The notes under the pieces were generated by a model. That model worked only from the letters and a program-made list of their open reading frames with translations. It was not told the origin of the DNA and did not search any database. A DNA stretch of 64,000 nt from Myxococcales bacterium. GTDB taxonomy: Bacteria > UBA10199 > 2-02-FULL-44-16 > JAAZCA01. Within the stretch, counting starts at the first letter, position 1; each line of letters starts with the position of its first letter. Location of the stretch: the NCBI GenBank assembly GCA_012513515.1, contig JAAZCA010000014.1:1268-65267 (forward strand). The letters are read 5' to 3'. The position numbers and the translations under genes are program-made. This document shows positions 27,695-38,896 of the stretch, in pieces.

Positions 27695-28987
27695 TCAATT
27701 GAGCTCTATTAGTGTATCTGAAAGGCAGGTGGCGTGGATTTTCCCAAAACTCTCCATCCCAGCAAAGGGACAGTTTCTGGACTTGGAATGAAAGCGCTCC
27801 GGATCTATTACAACCCTCGCACTCGGATCGAAGATCGTGAACTCAGCCGGCATCCCAACCATTAGGCCGGCTGGTGCGCGACCCATGACCCTGCGAGGGC
27901 CGCTCGTAAAAAGTTCCAGGAGCCTTTTTAGATCCAGGAGGTCATCGCTTACAAGCTTCATGCAGACGGGAAAGGCACTCTCCATCCCTATAACGCCAAA
28001 TGGAGCAGAGACCAAATCTCTTTTTTCGAAGTCTGCATGCGGGGCATGATCGGTTGCTATCGCATCCACCGTGCCATCGAGTATGCCGTCGATTAGGGCG
28101 AGCCGGTCTGCTTCGGTTCGAAGCGGAGGGCTCATCTTTCCATTTGCTCCCAGGTGCAACACGTCCTCTTCGGTGAGGATTATATGATGCGGGGTAACTT
28201 CGCAGGTTACGCGGATTCCCTCCCGCTTCGCCATTCTCACATAATCCATTCCCTCCGCCGTGCTTACGTGCCCAAGATGAAGGCGCGCCCCGCTTTTTCT
28301 GCAGAGCTCTATGTCCCGCCTTATTACGGAATTCTCCGCCTCGCGGTCGATTCCTTTTACATTCAGTTGGCGTGCGACAGGGCCGTCATTTATCGCCCCT
28401 CCAGCGGTGATCTTGGTATTTTCCGGATGAGTGCTGATGACAAGCGAAAGCTCTTTCGCAATTTCCATAGCGCGCAGCATGATTCCGTCATCGTCGACGC
28501 TGCGCCCGTCATCGGAGATCATTTCGATCCCCTCCTTTTTAAAGGATGCAAGGTCGGTGAGTTCGCTTCCGGAAATAGCGCGCGTAATCGCCGCAACTGG
28601 GCTGACGTTAGTAAGCGCTGCCTCACAGGCACGCGAATTTACAAGACGGATAGTTTCAAGAGAATCCTGAGCGGGTCTCGTGTTCGGCATGCAATAAATT
28701 TTTGTAAATCCACCTGCAGCCGCTGCCTTGCTTCCGGAAAGGATATCCTCCTTGTACTCAAAGCCGGGTTCGCGGAGATGGACATGCAGATCATGAAACC
28801 CGGGAGAGAGAAATAAGCCGGAAGCGTCATAGACTCGCAGCTCCGGCTTCGGGCGCCTTCCCCCTATTTCGGAGATCACGCCATTCTCGATAAAGAGATT
28901 GGCAACCTCGTCCAAGCCTATTGCGGGATCTACGAGTCTCGCACCTACGATTGCGTCTATCTTCCTCTTTTGTAAATCAGGTCCCAT
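27695..28987 (-). CDS. pyrC: dihydroorotase
   Basis: It has the metal-binding motif HDLHVHLREPG and an amidohydrolase fold. It overlaps pyrB by 11 nt. Confidence 0.88.
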   Translation of the reverse strand: MGPDLQKRKIDAIVGARLVDPAIGLDEVANLFIENGVISEIGGRRPKPELRVYDASGLFLSPGFHDLHVHLREPGFEYKEDILSGSKAAAAGGFTKIYCMPNTRPAQDSLETIRLVNSRACEAALTNVSPVAAITRAISGSELTDLASFKKEGIEMISDDGRSVDDDGIMLRAMEIAKELSLVISTHPENTKITAGGAINDGPVARQLNVKGIDREAENSVIRRDIELCRKSGARLHLGHVSTAEGMDYVRMAKREGIRVTCEVTPHHIILTEEDVLHLGANGKMSPPLRTEADRLALIDGILDGTVDAIATDHAPHADFEKRDLVSAPFGVIGMESAFPVCMKLVSDDLLDLKRLLELFTSGPRRVMGRAPAGLMVGMPAEFTIFDPSARVVIDPERFHSKSRNCPFAGMESFGKIHATCLSDTLIELN

Positions 28988-29969
28988 AGGGCTCCGTTAT
29001 CTCCTTATCTATTCCGAATATCTTGGCGATCAGTGCGACGCGGGTCCACATGCCATTGCGTTCCTGCCGCCAGTATTTTGCGCGCGGATCATCATCCACT
29101 CTGATATCAATTTCCGTCCTTCTTGGCAGAGGGTGCATGATAATGGCGCTCTTTTTCAGAACCTTCATATGCTCGTATCTGAAGTGAAATTTGCCGTAAT
29201 CGACTCCCTTCGACTCGCCTTCCGTATCATATTCATCCTGAATCCTCGTCATGTAGATCGCGTCGGCTTTCGGGATGACGGATTCGAAATCGTCGGTTTC
29301 GGAATATTTCATATTATTCTGATCGAGATATGACCTCAGATCATTTTCTATCCGCAGCGTTTCCGGAGATACGAATATAAGTTCGGTATCTTTGAAGTGT
29401 CGCATTAGACGGCTGAGCGAGCGCACAGTTCTTCCCCTCTTAACATCGCCGACCATCACTATCGTTTTTCCATCTATGTCGCCTCCGTTTTTCCCGAACG
29501 AGCGGCGAAGGGTGTAGATATCCAGAAGCGCCTGCGTCGGATGTTCATCCTTCCCCGATCCGCCGTTGATCACGGGAACCCTCCTGGGGGTCCTGTCCAG
29601 AAGATCCGCTATGGACTGTGCAAGCCCGGCCTTTGGTGAACGCATGATGATCATATCGACGTAGCTGCTGAAAGTCCGGATGGCGTCTTCCGCTGTTTCC
29701 CCTTTCATTTCGGAGGATGTGTTTGAATCCCTGATTTCGGATGTCTGCATGCCGAGTATTTGGCAGGCATTCAAAAAAGAGAGGAAGGTTCTGGTCGAGG
29801 GCTGTGTGAAATATAGCATTGCCCTTTTTTCCGACATCAGTTTGCGCAGATAATCGGCGCCTCGCTTTGTCCTGGAAATCTTGCGCAGGTTGTTGGTTAT
29901 CGCATAGAGTTCATCCAAAAACTTTTTGTCGAACTGGTCCGAGCGTAAAACATGGAATATTTCAGACAT
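28977..29969 (-). CDS. pyrB: aspartate carbamoyltransferase catalytic subunit
   Basis: It has the STRTR motif (YFTQPSTRTFLSF) and an HPLP motif. Confidence 0.9.
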   Translation of the reverse strand: MSEIFHVLRSDQFDKKFLDELYAITNNLRKISRTKRGADYLRKLMSEKRAMLYFTQPSTRTFLSFLNACQILGMQTSEIRDSNTSSEMKGETAEDAIRTFSSYVDMIIMRSPKAGLAQSIADLLDRTPRRVPVINGGSGKDEHPTQALLDIYTLRRSFGKNGGDIDGKTIVMVGDVKRGRTVRSLSRLMRHFKDTELIFVSPETLRIENDLRSYLDQNNMKYSETDDFESVIPKADAIYMTRIQDEYDTEGESKGVDYGKFHFRYEHMKVLKKSAIIMHPLPRRTEIDIRVDDDPRAKYWRQERNGMWTRVALIAKIFGIDKEITEPYGT

Positions 29970-29973
29970 CAGA

Positions 29974-30507
29974 TCATCCTTTCACTATGACTTCGTTGAT
30001 GCCGTCGGTGCTATGAAAGCGAACCTTCACATTCTGAGTAGCGAGAGTTTTTATGGTTTTTGCGGCATAGTCGGCCTGTATGGGGAGTTCGCGCCAGCCC
30101 CTGTCGACCATGACCATGAGCTTGATGAATTTCGGTCTGCCGATATCGACTATGGCGTCTAGAGCGGCCCGCGTCGTTCTGCCTGTGTACAACACATCGT
30201 CCACCAGGATGACCCCCCTCCCGCTGATGGGAAATTGAAGCTCGGACTTCTTTACGACCGGCTGGTATCCCACCTCGCTGAGATCATCCCTGTATAGATT
30301 TATATCGATGCTGCCTACATCTACTGGCTTGTCTCTGAGGGAGCGTATCTTTTTGGCGAGCCATTCGGCAAGGGGAACACCGCGCGTTTTTATCCCTACC
30401 AGTGCGATGTCGTCCAACCCATCCGCTACTATCTTTCTTGCGACATTGAGTATCGCCCGGTCCATCGATGCCTCATTTAGTAGCAATTTTGCGTTGGCCT
30501 CTGCCAT
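29974..30507 (-). CDS. pyrR: bifunctional pyrimidine operon regulator / uracil phosphoribosyltransferase PyrR
   Basis: It has a PRTase motif (VILVDDVLYTGRTTRAA). The start was moved to the ATG at 30507 behind a GAGGGGGGG Shine-Dalgarno. A leader hairpin with a U-run lies upstream. Confidence 0.85.
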   Translation of the reverse strand: MAEANAKLLLNEASMDRAILNVARKIVADGLDDIALVGIKTRGVPLAEWLAKKIRSLRDKPVDVGSIDINLYRDDLSEVGYQPVVKKSELQFPISGRGVILVDDVLYTGRTTRAALDAIVDIGRPKFIKLMVMVDRGWRELPIQADYAAKTIKTLATQNVKVRFHSTDGINEVIVKG

Positions 30508-30525
30508 ATCCCCCCCTCGATCCCT

Positions 30526-30560
30526 AAAAAAAAGGCCTCCCGAATTGCTTCGGAAGGCCT
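30526..30560 (-). terminator. leader terminator/attenuator hairpin upstream of pyrR
   Basis: On the minus strand the sequence reads AGGCCUUCCGAAGCAAUUCGGGAGGCCUUUUUUUU. Confidence 0.6.
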
Positions 30561-30734
30561 GTTTGGTGCTATATTTTTTTCCTCTCCATTTGTCAGCATC
30601 CCCCAATTTTGCGGGCCGTTAAGCCAGATAATGAAAAAATAGTCAATGAAAAGTTAGTGTTTCTACGGAATGGTCGAAACAGGATCTCTGTAATTACTTC
30701 AGGAATTTCTGAAAAGCTAGCTGCAACAATAACT

Positions 30735-30812
30735 TCGACCATGGACGATTGACCTCTGTTTTTCCCAGTCACGCTTGTTACGGGATCCCCGATTACACCA
30801 CTCGGGGATGAC
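30735..30812. repeat. composite intergenic repeat (CGACCATGGACGATTGACCTCTGTTTTTCCCAGTCACG + GGGATCCCCGAT + CACTCGGGGATGAC)
   Basis: It is near-identical to 18988..19060. Confidence 0.8.
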
Positions 30813-30860
30813 AAGCGCATAGTTTTTAGAGGTGCCCTGAATTTGCTGATTTCTCAGAGA

Positions 30861-31610
30861 TTACTTAATCCATCTTCCAAACTCGCGCCATCTTATGCCG
30901 CCGTGATCCTTGTCTATGGAAAGCCACACGAACATCGCCTTTCCCTTTATATTTCCATCGGGAACAAAACCCCACTCCCTGCTGTCGGCGGAATTATCTC
31001 TATTGTCACCCATCACGAAATAATATCCCGGAGGGACAACGAGATCATAGGAGTTCCTATCCAGATATCTCTCGTACTGGACGATATGATCTGAATCCCC
31101 AGCCAGTTCATTATAAAAATCGAAATCACGCCAGCCTCTTACGAATGGGATTGCGCGCTCTGCCGAGTTTTTTACTAGGAGTTTTCTTTTGTCCCCGGGA
31201 TATTCCTTCACGCTCAGCTTGTGTCGGGGCAGGTTTTCTCCATTTACCGAAACATCCTCGCCATAAATTTTCACCCTGTCCCCCGGCAGGCCGATAACGC
31301 GTTTGATGAAATCCTTGCTCTCATCTTCGGGATATATAAAGACGAGGACATCCCCGCGTTTGGGCTCCGTAAACCTAAAAAAACGATGCCTGGTCAGTGG
31401 AATTCTAAGACCGTAGATGAACTTATTCACGAAGATATGATCCCCGATGGAAAGGGTCGGTATCATCGACCCGGATGGAATCTTGAATGCCTCGATCCCA
31501 AAAGATCTTATAAAGAGAGCGGCGATAACCGCTATGAGTAGGGCCTCGAAGTACTCCCGAAATGCCCCCTTCTTTTTCTGATGTTTAGGATTAGGTTCTG
31601 CTGACATCAC
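30861..31610 (-). CDS. lepB: signal peptidase I
   Basis: It has an N-terminal transmembrane segment, the SGSMIPTL catalytic-Ser box, and a GDNRDNSADSR box. Confidence 0.9.
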   Translation of the reverse strand: MMSAEPNPKHQKKKGAFREYFEALLIAVIAALFIRSFGIEAFKIPSGSMIPTLSIGDHIFVNKFIYGLRIPLTRHRFFRFTEPKRGDVLVFIYPEDESKDFIKRVIGLPGDRVKIYGEDVSVNGENLPRHKLSVKEYPGDKRKLLVKNSAERAIPFVRGWRDFDFYNELAGDSDHIVQYERYLDRNSYDLVVPPGYYFVMGDNRDNSADSREWGFVPDGNIKGKAMFVWLSIDKDHGGIRWREFGRWIK

Positions 31611-31697
31611 CCCTCCAAATAACGTCTTTTTACTTCAAGTAATGCTTTAATGTATCGTCCCCTGCGAGCGGACGAAGGGAAATCCCGTTCATTCGAC

Positions 31698-33494
31698 CTA
31701 TTTTATTTTCAAAACGCTCAAAAAGGCTTCCTGTGGAATATCGACGCTGCCGACCTTCTTCATCCTCTTCTTCCCCTCTTTCTGTCTTTCGAGGAGTTTT
31801 CGTTTTCTTGTGACATCGCCGCCATAGCATTTCGAGGTAACGTCTTTGCGATAAGCCTTGACCGTCTCCCGGGCAATTATTTTGCCACCTATCGCAGCCT
31901 GTATGGCGATATCATACATCTGTCTCGGTATCAGGGTTCGTAACTTTGATACAAGCTCCCGTCCTTTGTACTGCGCATCATCCCTGTGCACGATTACCGA
32001 AAGGGCGTCGACGGGATCGCCGTTGATCAGGACAGTGAGCTTTACAAGGCGCGCAGCCCGATAGCCGATGATTTCATAATCCAGCGAGGCATATCCCCTT
32101 GAGACCGATTTGAGATTATCAAAAAAATCGAACATCATTTCGGAAAAAGGCATTTCGTACTGGACCATAATTCTCTCGCGGCCGAAGAACTCCAGGTTTT
32201 TCTGTTCCGCCCTTCTCTCCTGGCAGAGCTTCATTATACCTCCGAGCGAATCGGATGGAGCGAGTATGGAGGCCTTGGCGTAGGGCTCTCGAATCTCTTC
32301 GATATTCTGAGGCTCGGGAAGCTTGGCTGGGCTATCGACCATGATCTTTTCACCTTTGGTCGTGATCACTTCATATACGACCGTCGGAGCGGTTGAAACA
32401 AGCTCGAGGTTATACTCTCTTTCAAGCCTCTCTTGAACTATCTCCAGATGCAGGGACCCGAGAAAACCCGCTCTGAATCCAAAGCCAAGGGCGGTTGAGC
32501 TTTCAGGTTCGTAGCTAAACGCCGAATCGTTCAGCTTCAACTTTTCGAGGGCCTCCTTCAATTCGTCGTATTGCCCCGGATCCGCCGGATAGAGCCCTGC
32601 GAAAACCATGGCCTTCAAGTCCTGAAATCCTGAAAGGGGTTTTGATGCCGGGTTGGAAGAGAGCGTAATCGTATCGCCAACCTTGGTATCTTTGACCTCT
32701 TTGATTCCGGCTACCACTATTCCCACCTCTCCGGATTTGAGAGCCTCTACATCTCGAAGATGGGGATTGTAAATGCCGAGGCGAAGAACTTCGAAGTTCT
32801 TTCCAACGTTCATGAGAAGAATCCGTTGGCCTACCCTGATTTCGCCGTCCACTACGCGAATCAGTGCGACGGCACCCATGTAGCTGTCGAACCAGCTGTC
32901 GAATATGAGCGCACGCAGCGTCGCTTTCTCGTTTCCCGTTGGTGGCGGAAGATGCTTCACTATCGCTTCAAGTAGATCCTTTATTCCTTCCCCGGTTTTT
33001 GCCGAAACCGCAACGGCGTTGTCGGCAGGAATAGCCAGAATCTCTTCGCATTGTTCCTTGGCGGATTCAACGTCTGCGCTTGGAAGGTCGATCTTGTTTA
33101 TCACCGGCACTATGGCCAGATCGTTGTGCATTGCCAGAAGGGCGTTGGCAAGCGTTTGCGCCTGTACCCCCTGAGTGGCGTCTATGACCAGGAGAGCTCC
33201 GTCACAGGCTGCGAGCGAGCGACTGACCTCGTAATGAAAATCCACATGCCCGGGAGTGTCTATGAGGTTGAGTTCGTAGGATTTGCCATCTTCTGCGTTG
33301 TACGTGATTTGCACGCTCTGGGCCTTGATAGTGATTCCGCGTTCACGCTCCAAGTCCATCTTGTCCAGGAATTGGTCCATGTGCTCGCGCTTGCTGAGCG
33401 CACCGGTATGTTCAAGGATTCTGTCGGCCAGCGTCGACTTTCCATGATCTATATGTGCGATGATGCAAAAATTTCTGATGTGCGATTGGGACAT
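31698..33494 (-). CDS. lepA: elongation factor 4 (LepA)
   Basis: It has GTPase motifs ([18 protein letters not shown]) and the LepA-specific C-terminal domain. Confidence 0.93.
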   Translation of the reverse strand: MSQSHIRNFCIIAHIDHGKSTLADRILEHTGALSKREHMDQFLDKMDLERERGITIKAQSVQITYNAEDGKSYELNLIDTPGHVDFHYEVSRSLAACDGALLVIDATQGVQAQTLANALLAMHNDLAIVPVINKIDLPSADVESAKEQCEEILAIPADNAVAVSAKTGEGIKDLLEAIVKHLPPPTGNEKATLRALIFDSWFDSYMGAVALIRVVDGEIRVGQRILLMNVGKNFEVLRLGIYNPHLRDVEALKSGEVGIVVAGIKEVKDTKVGDTITLSSNPASKPLSGFQDLKAMVFAGLYPADPGQYDELKEALEKLKLNDSAFSYEPESSTALGFGFRAGFLGSLHLEIVQERLEREYNLELVSTAPTVVYEVITTKGEKIMVDSPAKLPEPQNIEEIREPYAKASILAPSDSLGGIMKLCQERRAEQKNLEFFGRERIMVQYEMPFSEMMFDFFDNLKSVSRGYASLDYEIIGYRAARLVKLTVLINGDPVDALSVIVHRDDAQYKGRELVSKLRTLIPRQMYDIAIQAAIGGKIIARETVKAYRKDVTSKCYGGDVTRKRKLLERQKEGKKRMKKVGSVDIPQEAFLSVLKIK

Positions 33495-33501
33495 AGAAAA
33501 G

Positions 33502-34341
33502 TCACTGCTCGTTCAAGACGACAAGAGCCTCCACATTTTCACGCGTTTGAAGTTCCTTCAGATAATGGGCGGCATCCTCCCTGTTTTCAAAACCACCAAG
33601 TCTGACCCTGTACCACCGGCCTCGATCCGGTATGTCAGCGATCATCATGTAGGCCGGATACCCCTTCCCCTTCCAACGCTCGACGATCTGGGTTCCTTCC
33701 TGCATGCTTGGGTAGGAACCTATCTGAACCGAGTATCTAGCGTTGGAACCCGACTTCACCCTGATCACGCTGGAATCGTTTGTCTGGGCAAGGTCCGCAG
33801 ATGATATTGAACCGGGTTGTTGGGCCGGCTGAACGGCTGCAAGTTCTTCGGCAAAAGGCTGCTGTGCCGGAGCGCTTTCGATGACCTTGGGAAAATCCTG
33901 TGAAGGATCGGGCTCTGCCTGCGGCTGATCCGATATTCTTTTTTCTATAACGACGGGCTTTTCAGCGCGTAAACTTCTGTCCCCCGATGCACCATCTATC
34001 ATCTGCCTTATACGTTCCTTGAGTTCAGGAGTCTTAGCTTCTTTGATGAGTTCCCTGGCTATTTGTTGTGCCTCCGGATCGCTGGTGGTCAGCACCTTCG
34101 GCTTTTGAAGATCCTGAGCAGTCTCGGAAATTTCATTTTCAGCATCAGCACGGAGCGTGCTTCCATCCATTCCCAAAAGCTCGCGTCCATAGCGCGCACC
34201 GAGGTAAAAGACGAAGAATATCGTAAAAACTTCCATGACCAGCAACGCGAAGAACTGCCCAAATGTAAAACGGCAGAAGAAACCATCGCTTCCTGCTGCG
34301 CCATTTTCCTGTTTTCTTCGGTTTCTGATATAATCAGACAT
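33502..34341 (-). CDS. SPOR-domain protein (membrane-anchored, septal peptidoglycan-binding)
   Basis: It has an N-terminal transmembrane segment, a low-complexity linker and a C-terminal SPOR domain (YSVQIGSY...[16 protein letters not shown]). Confidence 0.75.
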   Translation of the reverse strand: MSDYIRNRRKQENGAAGSDGFFCRFTFGQFFALLVMEVFTIFFVFYLGARYGRELLGMDGSTLRADAENEISETAQDLQKPKVLTTSDPEAQQIARELIKEAKTPELKERIRQMIDGASGDRSLRAEKPVVIEKRISDQPQAEPDPSQDFPKVIESAPAQQPFAEELAAVQPAQQPGSISSADLAQTNDSSVIRVKSGSNARYSVQIGSYPSMQEGTQIVERWKGKGYPAYMMIADIPDRGRWYRVRLGGFENREDAAHYLKELQTRENVEALVVLNEQ

Positions 34342-36067
34342 CTGCTTCCTCCATCCGCTTCATTTCAGAAGGCGCGGAAATTCCGAGAATTCTCAGGGAG
34401 TTTTGTATCACAACCTGTATGTTTTTCAAGAGATAGAGCTTGGCCAGCGTTCTCTCCGCATCGGTGCTGATGACCCTGTAGCGTTCATCCCGCTTTCCCT
34501 GGCTGTAATAGGATTGGAACATCCTTGAAAGCTCGAGCAGATAAAAGGAAAGCTTGTGCGGCTCGAGTTCCTCGGCGCATTCCGATATGATGTTCGGAAG
34601 GGAGGATGCCATCCTGGAGAGCTTTATTTCTTCGGGAAGATCGAGCTTTGAAAGATCTACTTCTTCATTCGAAGGTAAAGTGAAACCGGCCTCTTCAGCT
34701 TTTCTGAATATGCTGCATATCCTAGCGTGGGCGTACTGTATGTAGAAGACCGGGTTGTCCGGCGTCTCTTTTTTAGCGAGATCCAGATCGAAATCGAGCT
34801 GGGCGTTGTGGGATCTCATCAGAAAGAAATATCTGCAGGCGTCCCTCCCGACTTCATCTCTGACATTTTCCAGGGTTTCGTAAGTCGCGGACCTGGTGGA
34901 CATCGAAATCGATTCCCCACCGCGCATCAGATTGACGAGCTGTATGAGGACGACGTCTAGATTTTTCGGATCATATCCCATGGCCTCCACAGCTGCCTTC
35001 ATCCTTGCGACGTATCCGCCGTGGTCCGCCCCCCATATATCTATAACTCGGTGAAATCCGCGATCGAACTTGTTTTTATGGTAGGCGATATCGGCTGCGA
35101 AATATGTGAGTGAACCGTCAGCCTTTCGCAGCACCCTGTTCTTGTCATCTCCGAATTTCATTGTATTAAACCAAAGCGCGCCCCCCTCTTCGTAGGTATG
35201 TCCGTTCTTTTTCAAAAACCTGAAAGCGCTGTCTATCGCAGAGTCGGCATGCAGGTTATTTTCGTGAAAGTAGGTATCGTGGATCACGCCAGTTTCGGCA
35301 AGGTCGCGCTTGATCCTGTCCAAAATTTTCACTCCAGCATACTCCCCGCAGTACATTATCGCATCTTCTTCTGTCATCGAATCTATCTTGCAGGAAGCTT
35401 TCTCCTCTATCTCGGTCGCTATCTCCGCTATGTATGAGCCTTGATAACATTCCTTTGGAAATTCGACGCTAGAACCTTTTTTTTGCAGGTAGCGCAGATA
35501 GACCGAACGCCCGAGGGTCTTTATCTGGTTGCCGGTATCATTCACATAATATTCCTTCGTAACCTCGTAGCCGGCCGCCGAAAGAACGCTGGCCAGAGCA
35601 TCGCCGTACACCGCGCCCCTGCCGTGTCCTATGTGGAGCGGCCCGGTGGGATTTGCGCTCACGAATTCTATCTGAACTTTTTTTCCCGATCCCAGGTCAA
35701 CTGATCCGTATCTCTCGCCTTGAACCGATATATCCCTCAGCATTTCCAGATAGACTTTTGTATCGATCTTAAAGTTGATAAAGCCCGGGCCCGCTATTTC
35801 AACTTTCTCGACGCCCTCCGTACCTAGCGGGATCTTGGCTGCAATTATTTCAGCCGCCTTTCTTGGGGGTATTTTGGCGCGCGAGGCTACGACTAGAGCT
35901 ATGTTGGTTGTAAAATCTCCGTGTGCTTCGGACTTGGGAACGGAAATTTCTATTTCCATCTTGCCGTCAAGGCCTGACAGAAGTCCTTCCTGAACGGATG
36001 AAAGGATCGCAGCTTTAACTAGTTCTCTAATTTTATTTTCAAGCATATCATTCCTCGGTCGGACCAA
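34334..36067 (-). CDS. argS: arginine--tRNA ligase
   Basis: It has the class I motifs ANPTGPLHIGHGR and a KMSTR-like motif (SMSTR), plus a DALR anticodon-binding domain. Confidence 0.92.
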   Translation of the reverse strand: MVRPRNDMLENKIRELVKAAILSSVQEGLLSGLDGKMEIEISVPKSEAHGDFTTNIALVVASRAKIPPRKAAEIIAAKIPLGTEGVEKVEIAGPGFINFKIDTKVYLEMLRDISVQGERYGSVDLGSGKKVQIEFVSANPTGPLHIGHGRGAVYGDALASVLSAAGYEVTKEYYVNDTGNQIKTLGRSVYLRYLQKKGSSVEFPKECYQGSYIAEIATEIEEKASCKIDSMTEEDAIMYCGEYAGVKILDRIKRDLAETGVIHDTYFHENNLHADSAIDSAFRFLKKNGHTYEEGGALWFNTMKFGDDKNRVLRKADGSLTYFAADIAYHKNKFDRGFHRVIDIWGADHGGYVARMKAAVEAMGYDPKNLDVVLIQLVNLMRGGESISMSTRSATYETLENVRDEVGRDACRYFFLMRSHNAQLDFDLDLAKKETPDNPVFYIQYAHARICSIFRKAEEAGFTLPSNEEVDLSKLDLPEEIKLSRMASSLPNIISECAEELEPHKLSFYLLELSRMFQSYYSQGKRDERYRVISTDAERTLAKLYLLKNIQVVIQNSLRILGISAPSEMKRMEEADV

Positions 36068-37421
36068 GCATCAGGATCTTTATTCCGTCCGGATGTAAAT
36101 ACTTTGAGGCTGCATCTTCAACATCATCTTTCGAAACGCGGGCTATTCCTTCGTAAGCCTTGATCCAATAGTTTGATGGATAACCGTAAAACATGAAGCG
36201 GGCTCTGTCAGAAACTATCTTGAATGAACCGTCCAGTTCGAAAATCGAGGAGGCTAGTAGCGATCTCTTCGCCAGATCCAGCTCTTCGTCAGAGATCTCC
36301 CCGTGCTTTGAAAGCTTTTTTATCTGTTCCTTGGCCAGATTTATCGCAGCATATGCGTTGTCGGCCGATGTGCTCATCTTGACCGTGAAGAGACCGTAGT
36401 CGGTCGCCTGCGATATCCCGCCCGACACGCTATAGGCCATCCCCCTCTTTACGCGAATCTCCTCGACGAGCCGACTTTTGAACCCGCTGGACCCGAGTAC
36501 CTGGCTAAGGAGATAGATCGAATACCAATCAGGGTTATGCCGCTTTACCCCCAGATGCCCCATCCTTATGAAGGTCTGTGTTTTGGGCCCTTTCACCACC
36601 CTCAAATCCGGAAGGAATGAGGGCTTCAGCTCTGGCACATTCGGGAATTCCACCTTCTTGCCGGATTCTTTGGGAAAATATTTTTTCAACTGTTCAACGA
36701 GATCTCGAGTTTTGAAATCCCCGGCAGCGGCAAGGATCATATTCGAAGGTACAAAATAGCTGGCGTGAAAGTTTTTTATATCCTCTTCCCCTATCGATGT
36801 CAGCAAATCCGGATCCGGCCTTCTGGCCCACGGGCTGTTTTTGCCGTAGACGAGCTGGGAAAAGAGTATCGATGCGAAGAGATTGGGTTCGTCCTTGTCG
36901 CGTCTCAACGACTCCGCAAGCTTGTGCCTTGCAATAGCGACTCTGCCTTTGTCAAATCTGGGTTTGAAGAGGAGATCGGAAAGAAGTCCGACCCCTTTTT
37001 CCATGTCCTCAGAAAGTATTGCGAGATATACCGAACCGCTTTCGGTTCCGATTGAGGATGATAATTCTGCCCCCATTGAATCAATAAGCAGATCCAAATC
37101 TTCGGGCGAAAGTTCACCGGCCCCCGCGCTTCTAACTGCGGAGCCGGTGATTGAAGCCAGTCCCAACTTATCGGCAGGCTCGTAAATGCTGCCTGTTTTT
37201 ATGGTGACCTGAATCTGTATTATGGGCAGAGACCGATCTTCTTTGATAAAGCAGGTCATGCCGTTTGGCAGAACCACTTTATCTACGGAGGGAACAGTCA
37301 TCTTCGGGAGTTCTTTTCCTTCCAACCCCTTCAAATATTCCGAATCGGCGGCAGCTCCACCTGGGAATGCGATGGCTAGAACGATCGCGGCAGCTATGGC
37401 TATGTAGAATTTTTTTATCAT
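36048..37421 (-). CDS. M16-family (pitrilysin-like) peptidase subunit, probably non-catalytic
   Basis: It has a signal peptide and an M16 fold but lacks the HxxEH motif. It overlaps the upstream catalytic M16 gene by 4 nt. Confidence 0.75.
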   Translation of the reverse strand: MIKKFYIAIAAAIVLAIAFPGGAAADSEYLKGLEGKELPKMTVPSVDKVVLPNGMTCFIKEDRSLPIIQIQVTIKTGSIYEPADKLGLASITGSAVRSAGAGELSPEDLDLLIDSMGAELSSSIGTESGSVYLAILSEDMEKGVGLLSDLLFKPRFDKGRVAIARHKLAESLRRDKDEPNLFASILFSQLVYGKNSPWARRPDPDLLTSIGEEDIKNFHASYFVPSNMILAAAGDFKTRDLVEQLKKYFPKESGKKVEFPNVPELKPSFLPDLRVVKGPKTQTFIRMGHLGVKRHNPDWYSIYLLSQVLGSSGFKSRLVEEIRVKRGMAYSVSGGISQATDYGLFTVKMSTSADNAYAAINLAKEQIKKLSKHGEISDEELDLAKRSLLASSIFELDGSFKIVSDRARFMFYGYPSNYWIKAYEGIARVSKDDVEDAASKYLHPDGIKILMLGPTEE

Positions 37422-38896
37422 CTGGATTTCACCCTCTCCACGACTATCCTGTCATCTTTTGTCATGAACTTATTGGAAACCTTTATTACATCTTCAGGGG
37501 TGACCGCTGAGATCATTTCCGGATAATCCGCTAAAATCCTCCAGTCGCCAAATACTGCATCGAAACGTCCAAGGGCCATACCGAGCGATCGATTATCATC
37601 CAGAGCGAACATGATCTCTGCAAGCACCTGTTTTCTGACTCTTGCCAGATCGCCCGCAGATGCCGGAGAAGTTCTTAAAATTTCAATTTCTTCTTCGACA
37701 GCAGAAAGAATTTTTTTGGAAGGAACTCCTGTAAGTGGTTCTATCCACAGTATCAAGAGATTGTCCAAACGCGAGCCCGGATATCCGTTAGAACAGGAAA
37801 TGCCTCTGGCAAGTTTTTCATCGTAGACAAGTTTTTTTTCCAACCTGCTCGATCTTCCTTCGCAAAGAAGAGAGGTGATGACGTCGAAGACATATTCATC
37901 TTTATCCGGAAGAGTCGGCTTATGATACGCAATCGCGATGGAAGGCTCCGAGTTGAAGGCAAATCGCTCGTATGTCCCGCGCTTCCACTCCCCAGAGTGA
38001 AGAGGTGCTTCGGGCAAGGGCCTTCGTTCGTAGCCGCCGAAGACCTTCTGAATTATTTTTTTAGCGTTGGTAATACTCACATCGCCGACTATTATACCGA
38101 CCATATTCCCCGGGACATAGTAGCGACGATGAAATTCTCTCGCGTCGGCTATCGTCAGATTTTCTATGTCTTCCATGGATCCTATCGTCGAAGATCTGTA
38201 AGGACCGTCCTTGTAGGCGGCTCGAAGGATCCTTTCAGCCATCTCTCCGTTCGGATTGTTTTCTGTGAGAGACCTCCTCTCATCGGCTACAACATCTCGC
38301 TCTATATAGAATTCGCGAAACACGGGATCGAATACCATCTCGGCAGCGACCCGCGCCCAGAGTTCCAACCTGTTTTTGGGCATGCTGGCATAGTATGCTG
38401 TCATGTCCTTTGAGGTAAAGGCGTTGATTTCGTTCGCCCCGTTTCGCATCAGTATTTCCCAGACTTCATTTTTTAAGCGATACTCATCTGCTTCCTTCTC
38501 GAAATTTTTTATCCAGAGATCGATCTGCTCAATTTTCATCCGATCCGGTTTTTTGGAGCGTTCCTCCTCCTCTCGAAGTTCGCCAAGATCCTCAATCATC
38601 CTGAGCAACGGTTTTTCCTGATCATAATCTTTGGTGCCGAGGCGCGTCGAACCCTTGAATGCCATGTGTTCGAACATGTGGGCGAGCCCGGTTTTGCCCG
38701 GCGTTTCATTGAGACCGCCCACCCTGAGGATCACCGCACCAAAAAATACGGGAGCGCCGGTACGCCTGACTATGAGCCATTTCATACCGTTTTTTAGCTG
38801 TACCTCATGTACCCTCTGGGAAAGATTGGAGGCTTCCGCTGAAAAAGCGAAAAAAATGATAAAAACCGCAGCGATAAATCGTAAAAATATGCGCAT
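37418..38896 (-). CDS. M16-family zinc peptidase (catalytic subunit)
   Basis: It has a signal peptide and the inverted zinc motif HMFEHMAFKGS (HxxEH). Confidence 0.8.
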   Translation of the reverse strand: MRIFLRFIAAVFIIFFAFSAEASNLSQRVHEVQLKNGMKWLIVRRTGAPVFFGAVILRVGGLNETPGKTGLAHMFEHMAFKGSTRLGTKDYDQEKPLLRMIEDLGELREEEERSKKPDRMKIEQIDLWIKNFEKEADEYRLKNEVWEILMRNGANEINAFTSKDMTAYYASMPKNRLELWARVAAEMVFDPVFREFYIERDVVADERRSLTENNPNGEMAERILRAAYKDGPYRSSTIGSMEDIENLTIADAREFHRRYYVPGNMVGIIVGDVSITNAKKIIQKVFGGYERRPLPEAPLHSGEWKRGTYERFAFNSEPSIAIAYHKPTLPDKDEYVFDVITSLLCEGRSSRLEKKLVYDEKLARGISCSNGYPGSRLDNLLILWIEPLTGVPSKKILSAVEEEIEILRTSPASAGDLARVRKQVLAEIMFALDDNRSLGMALGRFDAVFGDWRILADYPEMISAVTPEDVIKVSNKFMTKDDRIVVERVKSR

